A stretch of DNA of 58,769 bases, the filler included, from Sphacelaria rigidula (Eukaryota), in assembly GCA_964200075.2 (NCBI GenBank). It is 10 parts of 10 records of this genome, joined end to end, with 100 filler letters (N's around TTAATTAATTAA, not from the genome) between each part and the next. Parts side by side here need not be neighbours in the genome. Positions count along the whole stretch, not along the records: positions 11,775 to 17,561 come from CAXNAA020024470.1; positions 17,662 to 23,448 come from CAXNAA020024471.1; positions 23,549 to 29,335 come from CAXNAA020024472.1; 7 more parts are not named here. The stretch is one strand, 5' to 3'. The position numbers and the translations under genes were made by a program. The notes beneath the pieces are model-generated. The model was not told the origin of the DNA. It saw nothing but the letters and a program-made list of their open reading frames with translations, and did no database searches. Each line of letters opens with the position of its first letter. Position 1 is the stretch's first letter. This document shows positions 12,869 to 24,147 of this stretch, piece by piece.

Positions 12869-13116
12869 ACCTCCCTCGCTAAACACCATTTTTATCAAGT
12901 CTTGCATGTCCAGCAAGGCGTCGAATTTCCCAGGCAGCCGAACAACTCCCTCTCCCGGCACCCCAGCGACGTCCTCGTCTAGCACTCGACATCGTTTGAG
13001 TGCTAGGAGAGGACATCGCTGGGGTGCCAGGAGAGGGAGTTGTTCGGCTGCCTGGGAAATTCGACGCCTTGCTGGATATGCAAGACTCGGTGATAACGGT
13101 GTTTAGCGAAGGAGGT
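12869..13116. ncRNA. 248-bp hairpin; candidate pre-miRNA or hpRNA
   Basis: About 120-bp arms with a perfect central stretch of more than 40 bp (TCCAGCAAGGCGTCGAATTTCCCAGGCAGCCGAACAACTCCCTCTCC) and a very small loop. Expression is unknown. Confidence 0.55.
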
Positions 13117-13823
13117 GCTCCTCTGGCAAGCATTACTCCAAACATGTTTGTGGATATAATCAGCTCGATCGGGTAAGACTTGTGCCGAGGCCGACAGGCA
13201 AGTGGCCACTTTTTGTTCCCCCGCTGCGGTTGGATCGTGTGCTGACCCGAGAGTTGCACTCGAGGGATGCTACGGTAGGGGTGCACAAATATTTTATGAG
13301 GTTTGATTTGTTAGGAGCCCGTTATCTCCCCCGAGACACGACTTATGAAATAAGTGAGAGTACACTAGGGTTACTAGTCCCATGCGGGACGTGAACGAAG
13401 ATGGCGTGAAATCGTTTTAATGCACTAGACAGCAGGGAAAAACGATGGCTTTATTAGGAGATGGATAAGGGCCACAGACGGCGAAACAGGGCGTGGATGA
13501 GGTATGTAAAAGGTTTTGTGTAGTGTATGGAAGAAACATGATGAGCGCCGGAATATTGGAGGTGTCTATTAGGAGTAGGAACGGTGCTCCGTCTCGAAAG
13601 GGATGCGTGGTCTATTGTCAAACGGCTAAGGCGAGCAACAAATGAGTACGCCCCCCCCTGCCCCACGACAGTGCGACTTGGATCTTGATTACCTTGACCG
13701 CTCTCGTGGGTACTTGTCATCCTGCAGGAGGCGAGGGGAGGGGTACGCAAAGGCAGTGCATTTGTGATTGAATGTTTGATATATTTTTTACGTTGTGCAT
13801 GAAATGAATAGCAGAGGCAAAGG

Positions 13824-14050
13824 TATGTGTGTGTGTGTTGTCGTCCCATCTATTCTGGACGCCGGTCTACACCTTTCGGTATATGTGGGCGCACCAGCCG
13901 GGGTCACGAGGGAGGAAGGTCAACGCATGATTTTTTTTCTTTTTGTTTTTAGTACCCCACCTTCCTTCTGCGGTGTTCGCGTTCATTTTTTATCGTGAGA
14001 AGGGTTCAGCAGTCCCTTTCCCTCGTCGATCGTCAAGCCGAAAGTTTAGA
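13824..14050 (-). mobile_element. tRNA-derived SINE, 5'-truncated copy
   Basis: (GT)n tail followed by a body containing GTGGGCGCACCAGCCGGGGTCAC. Homologous to 48859-49198. Confidence 0.75.
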
Positions 14051-14997
14051 CACGGAATTCCGGTGGAGTTCATTTAGCCCACAAAGTGTGATACGCTCAG
14101 GGATCAAACGCTTTCAACGATATCTGGCTGAACTAGACGAAAAAAATATAGCAGCTGGAAAGCGGGCACCGGAATGTGGTGTGGACATCCAGGTTCCGTC
14201 CTCAATGATGTTTGATGCAGTAGCGCGTCTAGTTTGAGAGGCGTACACAGGTTATATCCTAACCCTGAATGTCTCGATGACGTGTGAGACTTTACTTTCA
14301 AGTAGTGGCGGGTCGTTATACGAAGAGGGTGTTGTTTCCGAGCTCACGGCAGAAGCGAAGATTTTTGGCCGTAAGTTTGTACCAGCATTAGACAACGCAC
14401 GCTTCGGATTCGCGAATTCCCCCCCGTCTCGAAAGGGATGAGTGGTCAATCGTTAAATGACTAGGGCAAGCAGCAAATGATATATATGTATAACAGCCGC
14501 ACGGGACCCGTGGCTGCGCCCCGGTCCCGTCCGCCTTTTTCGATGGTCTCGGTATTCTTGCCTCGCCAAGCCCTCGTGAGAATAGATCCTCGAAATGTTC
14601 ATGCCCGCCAGAAACATTGCCGGACCACGGCGATCGCGCGTCCGTTCGAACGGTCGCGACCGCATGTGTACCCCCGCACAAAATAAACTACGAATCCGTT
14701 AACCGGACCCCTAGCATTGGCATTGACCCTAACAGTCATCTCCTGGGGCGGGTGCGGAGAAACTTACACACTAAAATCAGCATTAAATCTCGTGGACGCC
14801 TCGTTACAAAGTATGCTTGACGCTCGTGAGTTCGAAATATTCTATATATGTATATATACCATAATTACCCCCCCCCTCGCCCCCGACTATGGCAAGCATG
14901 ATCATGAGTACACCCCCTCGCCCCCCCTGAAATAAATACCCTACCTACCTATATGTGTGTCTATATGTATATTTCGTCTTGTTCTTATTCGCGGCAG

Positions 14998-15161
14998 AGG
15001 TTGAATCTAGCTGACACTGGGGTGACGGATGCGGGCATGACTCACCTGTCTTCCCTCACGCGCCTGAGGGACTTGAACCTGTTCTTCTGCGCCATCACGG
15101 ACAGCGGGCTTGGACCGATTGCGTCGCTTACTGGCTTGACCCGTCTGAACCTTGACACGAG
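14998..15161 (+). CDS. Internal exon of a leucine-rich-repeat protein (AMN1/FBXL cysteine-containing-type LRRs)
   Basis: RLNLADTGVTDAGMTHLSSLTRLRDLNLFFCAITDSGLGPIASLTGLTRLNLDT shows LxLxx(T/C)xVTDxG repeats. It is flanked by a pyrimidine tract plus CAG acceptor and a GTGCGT donor. Confidence 0.85.
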
Positions 15162-15247
15162 GTGCGTGTGCGTGGGCGTACGTGTATGTGCACTCGCCCT
15201 TTTTTTTTGTCATGAGTAGTGCTATACGGTAGGAGTGCACAAATATT

Positions 15248-15385
15248 CACATCCTGGACAACAGATTACCTTGCCAATAAGTGTACCGCGTACAGTATGG
15301 GCTATTGCGTCTATTGCATTAGGGGCAATAGTCGATATTGTACGCAGTACAGTTTTTGACTGTCTCTTCTATTGTCCAGGGTATG
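15248..15385. mobile_element. CA..TG MITE with a 7-bp TSD (AAATATT), inserted into another dispersed repeat
   Basis: The empty-site version of the host repeat (GTGCACAAATATTTTATGAGG) is visible at about 13281-13300. Confidence 0.8.
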
Positions 15386-16115
15386 AAATATTTTCTGAGG
15401 TTCGAATCGTTGGGAGCCCTCCATTTCTCATCCAAAGAACGACTTACGAAACATATGAGAGCACGCCATGATTAGCATCCCGGATGCCTTTGAAAAAAAA
15501 GGGAATGTCCTCGCCCATATATATATATATATATATATGCTTGTGTAGCTCCTAAGTTTAGGAGGCCCCTGAATGGGAAAGATACATGAGCCCAAATATG
15601 CAACCTCCCTTCCATGGCATGACTCCGATTGAGAGACTCACTGCTTCATCCCGTATGTCGATCCATGGGTCGGTCAGTGAGTTAGGTCACGACATGCATC
15701 CGTATGATGAATTAGTTGGATCTGTGAGTTGGTAGAAAGATAGCGCGCTTGTCCACTCGTTGTCAGACGTCCGTGAACCACTGCATGTTGGGATGTACAC
15801 ACGGGTCGCTACCCTACAGGGAATCGGTGTATAGACGCGGAGGGCTTGCCTCTCTGACGACGGTAACGGCGAATGGATACAAAAAAAATGATGGAGAGCA
15901 CCATTTTTCGTAGGCGGTGATTATACTTTGGCTCTCTTTTTGTCGAATGATCGAGTAGAACACCCGTGCTCCGATGAGAGAGAGAGAGAGAGAGCTTTGT
16001 ACAATGGCGTAATTTTTTCCCCCACACTTCGGACAGCTCATGAGCTACCTGCATGCTACTTCTTTTATTAGAGTACTGATGTGGATCATGAGCTAGCTCA
16101 CTTGGCCACTATTTT

Positions 16116-16552
16116 CCAGGGATATGCACGTTACACACGTGACACATTTAAAAAAACGGAAAAAACGTAACTTTGGGCCATTTAATGCTACGTAGGGTTT
16201 GATTTTTTGGACGGGACAAATGTAACGTAACGTGATGTAGCCGTGTTGACCTTGAAGCAGTGTCTCTTAGGATTTTCCAGATGTTGAAGAAAAAAAAAAC
16301 TGTTTTTGTGATTTTTTCACGTGACACGTTACACGTTACATATTCACAGAAACAAGCAGAGTTTTCGTCACGCTCGGAAAGTAAAACGCTGTGTTAGGGT
16401 TCATGCGAAGGACCACACCACACGTTGTATCACGTTACGTCACATTTGTCTCATCCAAAACATCAAACCTCGCGTAGCGTTTTATGACCCAAAGTTACGT
16501 TTTTTTCGAATATGTCACGTAAAAATGTCACGTGTAACGTGTATATCCCTGG
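16116..16552. mobile_element. About 440-bp MITE with long TIRs (CCAGGGATA...TATCCCTGG)
   Basis: About 140-bp imperfect inverted arms. A second copy lies at 4160-4494. Confidence 0.8.
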
Positions 16553-17012
16553 AATTTTGCGGACTATTTTCCTTATTAGCTCCCGACAGCGATGGAACGC
16601 CAAGCACGCGGTACAGCGGGAAGGTAACGCTTTGACTTCTCGAACACTGCTGTCATGTGATATTTGTTTTGTACAATTGATCTGAAAGTTCTATCTGGTT
16701 AGTTATTTCGGGTATAATAGCTCATGAGCTGTCCGACGTGTGCGATTTGATTGTCGAAGGTTTTAACACGGTGTTAATTTTTTTGCCCTTTGTGGGATAA
16801 TCGACGGGTGAAGCTGGGAAAAAGTGAAGGTTGGCTGCTTCTGCTGCAGCTGAATCTGCTGAAACGTCAGATATCGGTACAGTAGTCGGACAAAGCTCTT
16901 GACCACCTGTGTCCTTCCGCTGTGTTGGTCTGGCATCGTGACCCCTCGTCCATGCGGGTCATATGCGCCATCGTTTTGCCAAAAGGGTTAGTGGGATTGA
17001 GTGGTTGTACTG

Positions 17013-17160
17013 CACACCCTGGATAATGACAGTAGATTACACTATCAAAAAAAGCATACTGTGTACAGTATCGATTATTGCGCCCATTGCAGCATGTAAT
17101 ATATCCTATACTGTACGCAGTATACATTATTTTACAATGGAATCTTTTGTCCAGGGTGTG
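17013..17160. mobile_element. CA..TG MITE with a perfect 8-bp TSD (TTGTACTG)
   Basis: TTGTACTG-CACACCCTGG...CCAGGGTGTG-TTGTACTG. Confidence 0.85.
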
Positions 17161-17704
17161 TTGTACTGTTGGGGTGCCCATTTTTCTCCTGAAGCTCGCA
17201 CTATAGGAGGACCATCTCGATGACAAACATGTGGACCTTAGAGTGCAGCCGCCTCAGAAAAAAAGTGGACTAAGAAATGCTCTCCTACCGTAGAACCATT
17301 TGATTCTGAGATTATTCCATCGATGCACATGTCAAGTAGATCATAATCCGCCTGAAATAATGAATCAAAGAAGATCCTCGGATCCGTGGGCCCAGAACCA
17401 TATGACATGTGACCGCGGAGTCAGAGAAGCTAAAGCGAAACCTTGCGCTACTCGGCGTGTAGGGAGTAACGTGGAACAGGGGGGGGGGGGGGGGGGGGGG
17501 GAAAGGGGTGGATAATGGGGGGGGGGGGAGGGTTGGTTGGGGGGGGGGTGGTTGGTGCCGGNNNNNNNNNNNNNNNNNNNNNNNNNNNNNNNNNNNNNNN
17601 NNNNNTTAATTAATTAANNNNNNNNNNNNNNNNNNNNNNNNNNNNNNNNNNNNNNNNNNNNTGGAATATATGTATTGAGGGTGAGTAGTATTAGAACCTA
17701 GGAA

Positions 17705-17743
<39 letters not shown>

Positions 17744-20700
17744 AATGTGGGTCCAGGAATATTTTTTTCACCCGCCCTTGGGCCAGCGACCACAAACGCG
17801 CAGCTGATATTTAGTTTATACGCGACAAGCGTGCCTTGGGGAAAACATGCATCAAGTATTTGAACACGGCAACGGAAACACGCATGCCCTGAACAAAAGA
17901 TCATTTGTCAAAACGTGTACTGCGTACAGCATCGACTATTGCGTCTAATGCAGTAGACAATAGATTCCATACTGTACGCCGTACACGTGTTGATAACGTG
18001 ATCTACTGTCATTACCCAGGCTGTGCAAACGAGACACGGATGTTGTATCGAGGTTTGAGTCCTTCCAGGGTATGTCTCACTTCATGTTACTCACAAATCA
18101 CTTCGAAATTTGCGGGGCTATCGAAAATATTTTCAGATGAAGACAAATGCGGGAACCCTCGGCAAAGCAGACTACCCCTCCGTGGACACAAGTACAAGTC
18201 AATGTACCAACACTGACAAGCAGCTGAGAAATCAGAAAAACCGAGCGAACGCGACCACTGCAACGCTCAGCAATGACAGAGACTGCCACGCGTGCCGCTG
18301 GTAGCAAGGTGATTAGGAGCAATAGACCGCCAGCAACTACTGCTCGCAATACTATGATAGTGTGCACCTGGCTTTCGATGATACATTTGCCCCCCATTCA
18401 CTTTGGTGTACTGCACCGTACGCTCGATCTTGGACATCACCCCCCAAGACACGTTGTTGCCATGATTCGTTTGCTGGGAGATACGTCTGTCGGCGAAGGG
18501 ATAGATACAGATGGGCATGCGAATACTGTATGGTGCGGTGCGATACTATGCTGCGCTGAGCCTTACTATCTCTCTCTGCACTGTACAGTTCATTCCTTTC
18601 AAACGAGGCATTTCAGGGAGTTTTCCGTATCTAGGGCGTGGGCTTTATATCGAACGGTCATGCTTCATAGCGTGAGACGTGCTGAGATGAGAGGGGCACG
18701 CGTCCTCGGAGGAGAGGTGTCCACATCAGCACAGGAAGCTGGAGCTACAGACAAGATCGGTGGATGCGGCGCTCGGATGGCAAGGAATTCACGTTAAGTT
18801 GTACGAAGGAAGCGCTTGATATAAGAGAAATGCATCATTCAACGCGAAAATTCGACGAAATTGGCACTGTGTACTTGGAGCCGGCAGGACTGGACTCACT
18901 GTACGACGTGAATCACACCTGGGCAGGACTGGAATTCCAGCTATCAATGCGTTAAAACTGACGGGTGCTCTCGATCCCACTTTGAGAGCAAGTCAAAGGG
19001 GGGAAACTCCGCGAAAAGGCCCATCAGGTGCATGTCGGAAAAAGATCAACATACCGACGTGGAAGCTTGCCCGACAAACTTCGCAGCTTGACTACGATTC
19101 TCTGGACTAGAAGACACCAGCAACCGCCACCGTAGTGGTCACTCTGTCGTAATGTCTCCCACGCAAGCCATGGTACTGTCTGTAAGAGGACGTTATCCCC
19201 ATCCAGAACGGCTTCACGGTGGTCCTTGGCATAGGAAATTGTTCTCTTCGGCTCGGCTGTACGGCCACATCTAGCGCACGACGGGGTATGAAACCGAAGA
19301 CCAGCAGCCTCAACGGTGCGACGAAGCCCGACTGGTGGTTGGTATCTGTGTTTCTGCGAGCGTAGCGTCAACCAGGACGTGGTCCAACGTAAGCAACCAG
19401 GCTGACCGATGCCTCCGCGTCGATAACGTGCCCTTCATGATTGTCGCTCGTAGGTGAAAAATCTTCCAAGCGAAGAGGCAGCATGGTGCATAGTCATCAT
19501 TTTGACCCACGCATGAAGCGTACAAACCGCCTTGGGCCGCCGATACTGCTGAGGCAAAGCTACCTGCGATCTCTATTATACATACTTGAAGTCTCAGTGT
19601 CATCAGACGTTGGGTGCGCTGTGTTTGAACGCCCAACTCTTCGGAATACACCGACGATAACAGAACAACAGTGTATGATACTGTAGTACTGACCGTGACT
19701 GGTGAGGTATGCTTGAATGAAGGCACTCTCCTGAGACTTTTGAACCAGCGTGGTAGATTTTGACTACGTGTGCAATTGTCTGCAATTACCACCAGCCAGC
19801 AAGACGCACTTTACGTTCGTGAGGCTGGGGCACAAGGGGGTAAACACCATCACCCCCACCCCGTTCTACAGTCCCATCCCCGAGCCTACTGCACGTGCGT
19901 TTGTTCGGCAAGTTGAAACACTCCGATACCGAATTTGTGTTCGTTTTATACGCTGTCACAAGAGTTTCCGGAATAACTTACATTTCGTATTGGACGGCAC
20001 GGATGCAGGGTATACAATACCCGATAGGGTCCAGTAGCTACATTTTTGGACATTTCGCATGAGGGAATAAGTTGGATATTCTACAGAGTACATTATTTTC
20101 TGCTATTTTTGTCCATGGTGTAAGACATAACACCACTCACTTGATCGGATGAAACTTCCCACACTTTGGACGGATCATCATCCGCATCATTTGCCCTCCC
20201 CCTTTCCCATGTTTGCTCCTTACAGCGCCGGACGCCGAGCACGGCGAGTAGCGCTAAGGTGGCGCCTTGGCTTTTCTGACTCCACGGCTACATATTTTGT
20301 GTTTTCGGACCAACGGATTCGAGACTCTTTCTCGATCAGTTGTTTCAAACAGATCATCATCTGTCCGACGTGTGAAAACTTTCAGGAAATATCATCACTT
20401 GATTTTAGTGTGTACACTGACCTTCGGTCTTTAGTGGGGCGGATAGTCCCAAGTGCTCCTACCGTAGCATGAGCAGAGGGCGGTTCTGTCCAAGTCGGCG
20501 CCGCAAGAACCGATTTGACGTCTGCCAACGCACACTTTGCTACAGCACCCTCAGCACTCTCCTTGCCCGATTCACGGTATGCCTGTGGGTGGGATCAAAC
20601 TTGACGTTATTTCAAGGAAAACATTTCTGAGGAAGTTCTTCAAAGAGCGATTGAACCACGTACGATAAGAGCTCATAACCCTCTGACTGCGACCCCCCAC

Positions 20701-22384
20701 AGATGAACCCAGACAAACCACGCCACATTTAGAGTTTAAAAAAAGCTGTTTGTTCACTGGAAATGTCACTTTTTCCAAGAACGTGTGGATGTTGGGCACA
20801 AATACATGAAAGATAGTCGCGTAAAACCCCTCAACAGGTTTGAGCCTCGCAGTAGGTACATGTAAACTTAGTATTTTACCTCTTCGCTGAGAAGCTTTCC
20901 GTTTTTTTGGGCACATGCTTCCTATGGTTCACGAGCGGCGCACGCTGGCAGTTGCCACTGGTGCGAAATATGCAACCAAGACATACCCTGTGCTATCATC
21001 CATGCTTTCGCAGCAGTACTGGTACTGTGAGTGCAGGGCTGCCTCACCTTGAAGTTACGTGGATCATGCACGCATGTCACATCTTCCCAACTGCCTCTGC
21101 TCTCATCTCTCTGTCTGTACTGCTACTCTGCCATACATACATGACGCGAACTTGTTCCCATAAGCGGCTGCATACGTACAACGGTATGAAACAGTCAGCG
21201 TGCCCGGGCAAGACTGGCACACCTTGAGCATGTTTTTATCTTACACGCATGCCTCATCGTCTCAATTACGCGTGCATCTTATTCCGTAGTCTTCGTACTA
21301 TACTGCAGCTGTAGCTGATGCTGCTACTCCAGTGAAATTGAAGCCCATTAACACAGGCCCGAACAGCATGACACATGTTTGTTGGATCGTTGTGAGCCCC
21401 GCACACAAGCATTCGCGTCGTGGATTCATCGTCCGATCTTCCGGGTCTGAGGGCCAACCAACAGGGAGGGGGCTACAATTTTCTCGGTCGTTGGGTTTTG
21501 GTCTTTCGGCGGGGGGTAGTTCACGAAAAATGGGTATGGTTTTGCGTATCTTCTGCGGAGCCGGGAGTACGGTCACTACTTGCACAAAAAAGGGTAAAAT
21601 AGTACAAAAGGGTATGTACTTGAGCACCATAAGGGTTCACACGTGAACGGAAGAGGGCAAGGATATATTTTAGCAGGGAGCAGGGTCTACCGTCCGGGTT
21701 TGTTCACGAATGTACTCTGATGGGCTGTCCTTTTCCGCGTCGTACTAAAGTCTACAGTACGCGTCAGCACTCAAGAAACTCCTATTTCGGCGAAGGCTCG
21801 CGTCTTATTTTCTCTTCAAATTCAAGACAAATGCTTGAATCCAATTTCCCATCGAGTTCAGCATAAATGACTACAATTCTCATTCTCTCAAATTACCTGT
21901 AAATTGTTCTAATGCCGAAAAATTAAGCAAAGGATTCTCAACTTCCCGATTCTCCAGTGCTGATGCCTACTGTAGTACTATGTGTGAGAATTGATAAAAA
22001 ATGGTCGGGCATCCTGCCCAGACACCTTGTGCGTGGGGCTGAGGCGCCGGAACGTATTTTCGAGGTGTTCAGCCTGCGTGAAGCGCCGCGCCCCAAACCG
22101 AAAAATGCATCACCCTTTCCAGTTCCAAAGGCACCAGGGTGTACCCTTTTTGTGTATTGCCCTTCGAAAAAGTGCAGTGGAATAGGAAATTCCGACAGAT
22201 GAATCGGTTCAACCCTGAGGGCGTGTCTTATAGCACAACTGTTTTCGATCGAAAGAATACGAGCGGTGGAATTGATATGAGCAGAATTTGCTCGTTTTTG
22301 TCGAGTTGGATCCAAGCGAATTTTCAAGCGTTCGATTGAAGGAAGGCAGTAAAATTTGTGAAACGGTACTTGGTCCGTTGTGTA

Positions 22385-23224
22385 CGAGCTGGGCCAGCCT
22401 AGAGGCGGACTTGATGTTTCCAAGCCCATGCTCCCGCGAGTATTTAGAGTTGGACCCTGAAATTTGGCATGGACAATGAATAGGGCATGAAAATATAAAA
22501 TACAGGAGCACCAAAGTTTTTTTTTCATGAGTTGAAGGCATTTTACTGATAACTGAAAAGTGATTATTGCCCAAAACTCACTGAAGAAAAAAAGCTCTGG
22601 TGCTCGTGTAATTTTTTTTTCATGTTCTATTCATTGTCCATACCAAATTTCAGGGTCCAACTCAAAATACTCGCGGGAGCATGGGCGTTTCAAAAAGTGG
22701 GTCGGTAATTCGGAACAGTATTTCGCAGGCCACTCACCGGCCCATGTTTGGTTTTCGTGTATTGAAAAAATGTGTGGGCGCTCTTTAAGGCATAATCAAC
22801 AAGCAAAAGTGGATCAGGTTGATTTTTTTCAATTTTTGTCACTGGTTTAGGGCGTTTTACCATGGCGAAGACTATTTATTCACTAGAACGCCCTAACCTG
22901 TATGAAAAAAAAAATGAAGGCTCATTTTTTTTTTAATTCGGCAATCTTTTGTGGTTCTCTAAGCTAAATTTCGTCGCCATCCGCTAAATGCATAGATCGG
23001 GAGTTTCATAGAGATTTTAGTATTGGCGTCATCTCCCTCACGTATAGGAACTACTTGACATGGGGTTTAATCAACGAGAAAGTATGGGCCCAAAATATTT
23101 AGCAGAGGGGCACCTTGCCCTTGATTAGACGATTAATACGATGTGCGGATCACGGCCCAACACGCCGGTGTAGATGAGATATAGCATTTGGAGCTTAAAT
23201 CCGTTTTTAGGCCGGCCCAGCTCG
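22385..23224. mobile_element. 840-bp non-autonomous DNA transposon with CGAGCTGGGCC TIR and TA TSD (Tc1/mariner-like), containing an internal hairpin of about 260 bp
   Basis: TA-CGAGCTGGGCCAGCCT...AGGCCGGCCCAGCTCG-TA. Internal inverted repeat at about 22424-22686. Collinear homolog at 49761-50593. Confidence 0.82.
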
Positions 23225-23548
23225 TACAGTAGAGACAAACTGTGCTGTCTGTACTGATTGCATGCAGTGTGTCTGGGTGTGTGCGTGCGTGTTGCGTACA
23301 GTAGGAACACCTGTAGAATAAGCGGGCAACATGCAGTACTGACAGTGCAGGGTAATCTGTTCAATCTGCTCATTATGCGACTTAACCCTTTGGGAACCGT
23401 CCCCTCCCGTCCCCGGGCCAGACGCCTCATTATGAGAAGCCCTGACAANNNNNNNNNNNNNNNNNNNNNNNNNNNNNNNNNNNNNNNNNNNNTTAATTAA
23501 TTAANNNNNNNNNNNNNNNNNNNNNNNNNNNNNNNNNNNNNNNNNNNN

Positions 23549-24136
23549 ATGTGACAGGTGAAGATCCCAATCATTTTGGCGATCATTGACAACCATAGAT
23601 AACATTTGAGCCATGGTGTGATTAACTCGTTCGGTGCCACCGTTACCGTTGGGGTGGTAGGCGCTCGTCGCGATTTTGCGAATGCCTAAGAGCTTGTAGA
23701 GTTCTTCCGAAAGATCAGAGCAGAAGTGCGGACCATTGTCAGAGAGAAATCGCTGCGGGCAACCATAGTGCTTAATATAGTCGTAGATTAAGATATTAGC
23801 TGTGCCTGCGGCTGTAAAGTCACCAGCGGTAACTGCGTGCATTGACGCGTGACGGCTAAAGCGATCAGTGAAGAGTAGGATATAAGTGTTCCCACGATCA
23901 GTTGTCGGTAAAGGACCGAAATAGTCAAATGACACCAGGTGACCGGGAGCAATGGGGAGGCTCATGGAAATAAGTGGCCAACGGATGGTTTGCCGTGAGG
24001 TTTCCCGGTATTGACATTTAAAACATCGCCCAATCCAAAAGCGGATTGACGCTTCCATACCAATCCACCAGTAGAAACGCTCAAGTACGCTAAAGTGCCC
24101 GTGACACCAAGGTGGCAGGACGAGTCGGAATGACAT
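23549..24136 (-). pseudogene. Gypsy integrase (HHCC zinc finger and rve core)
   Basis: CHGH...CFKC, VSFDYFGPLP, FTDRFSR, LSDNGPHF, AYHPNGNGGTERVN. Confidence 0.92.
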
Positions 24137-24147
24137 CCTTTGATGAC

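Noticed and set aside
18800..19520. Possible decayed LINE RT C-terminal fragment on the minus strand (DHVL..., RLLVFGF...PKR)
   Set aside because: The similarity is too faint and spread over several frames to support without a search.
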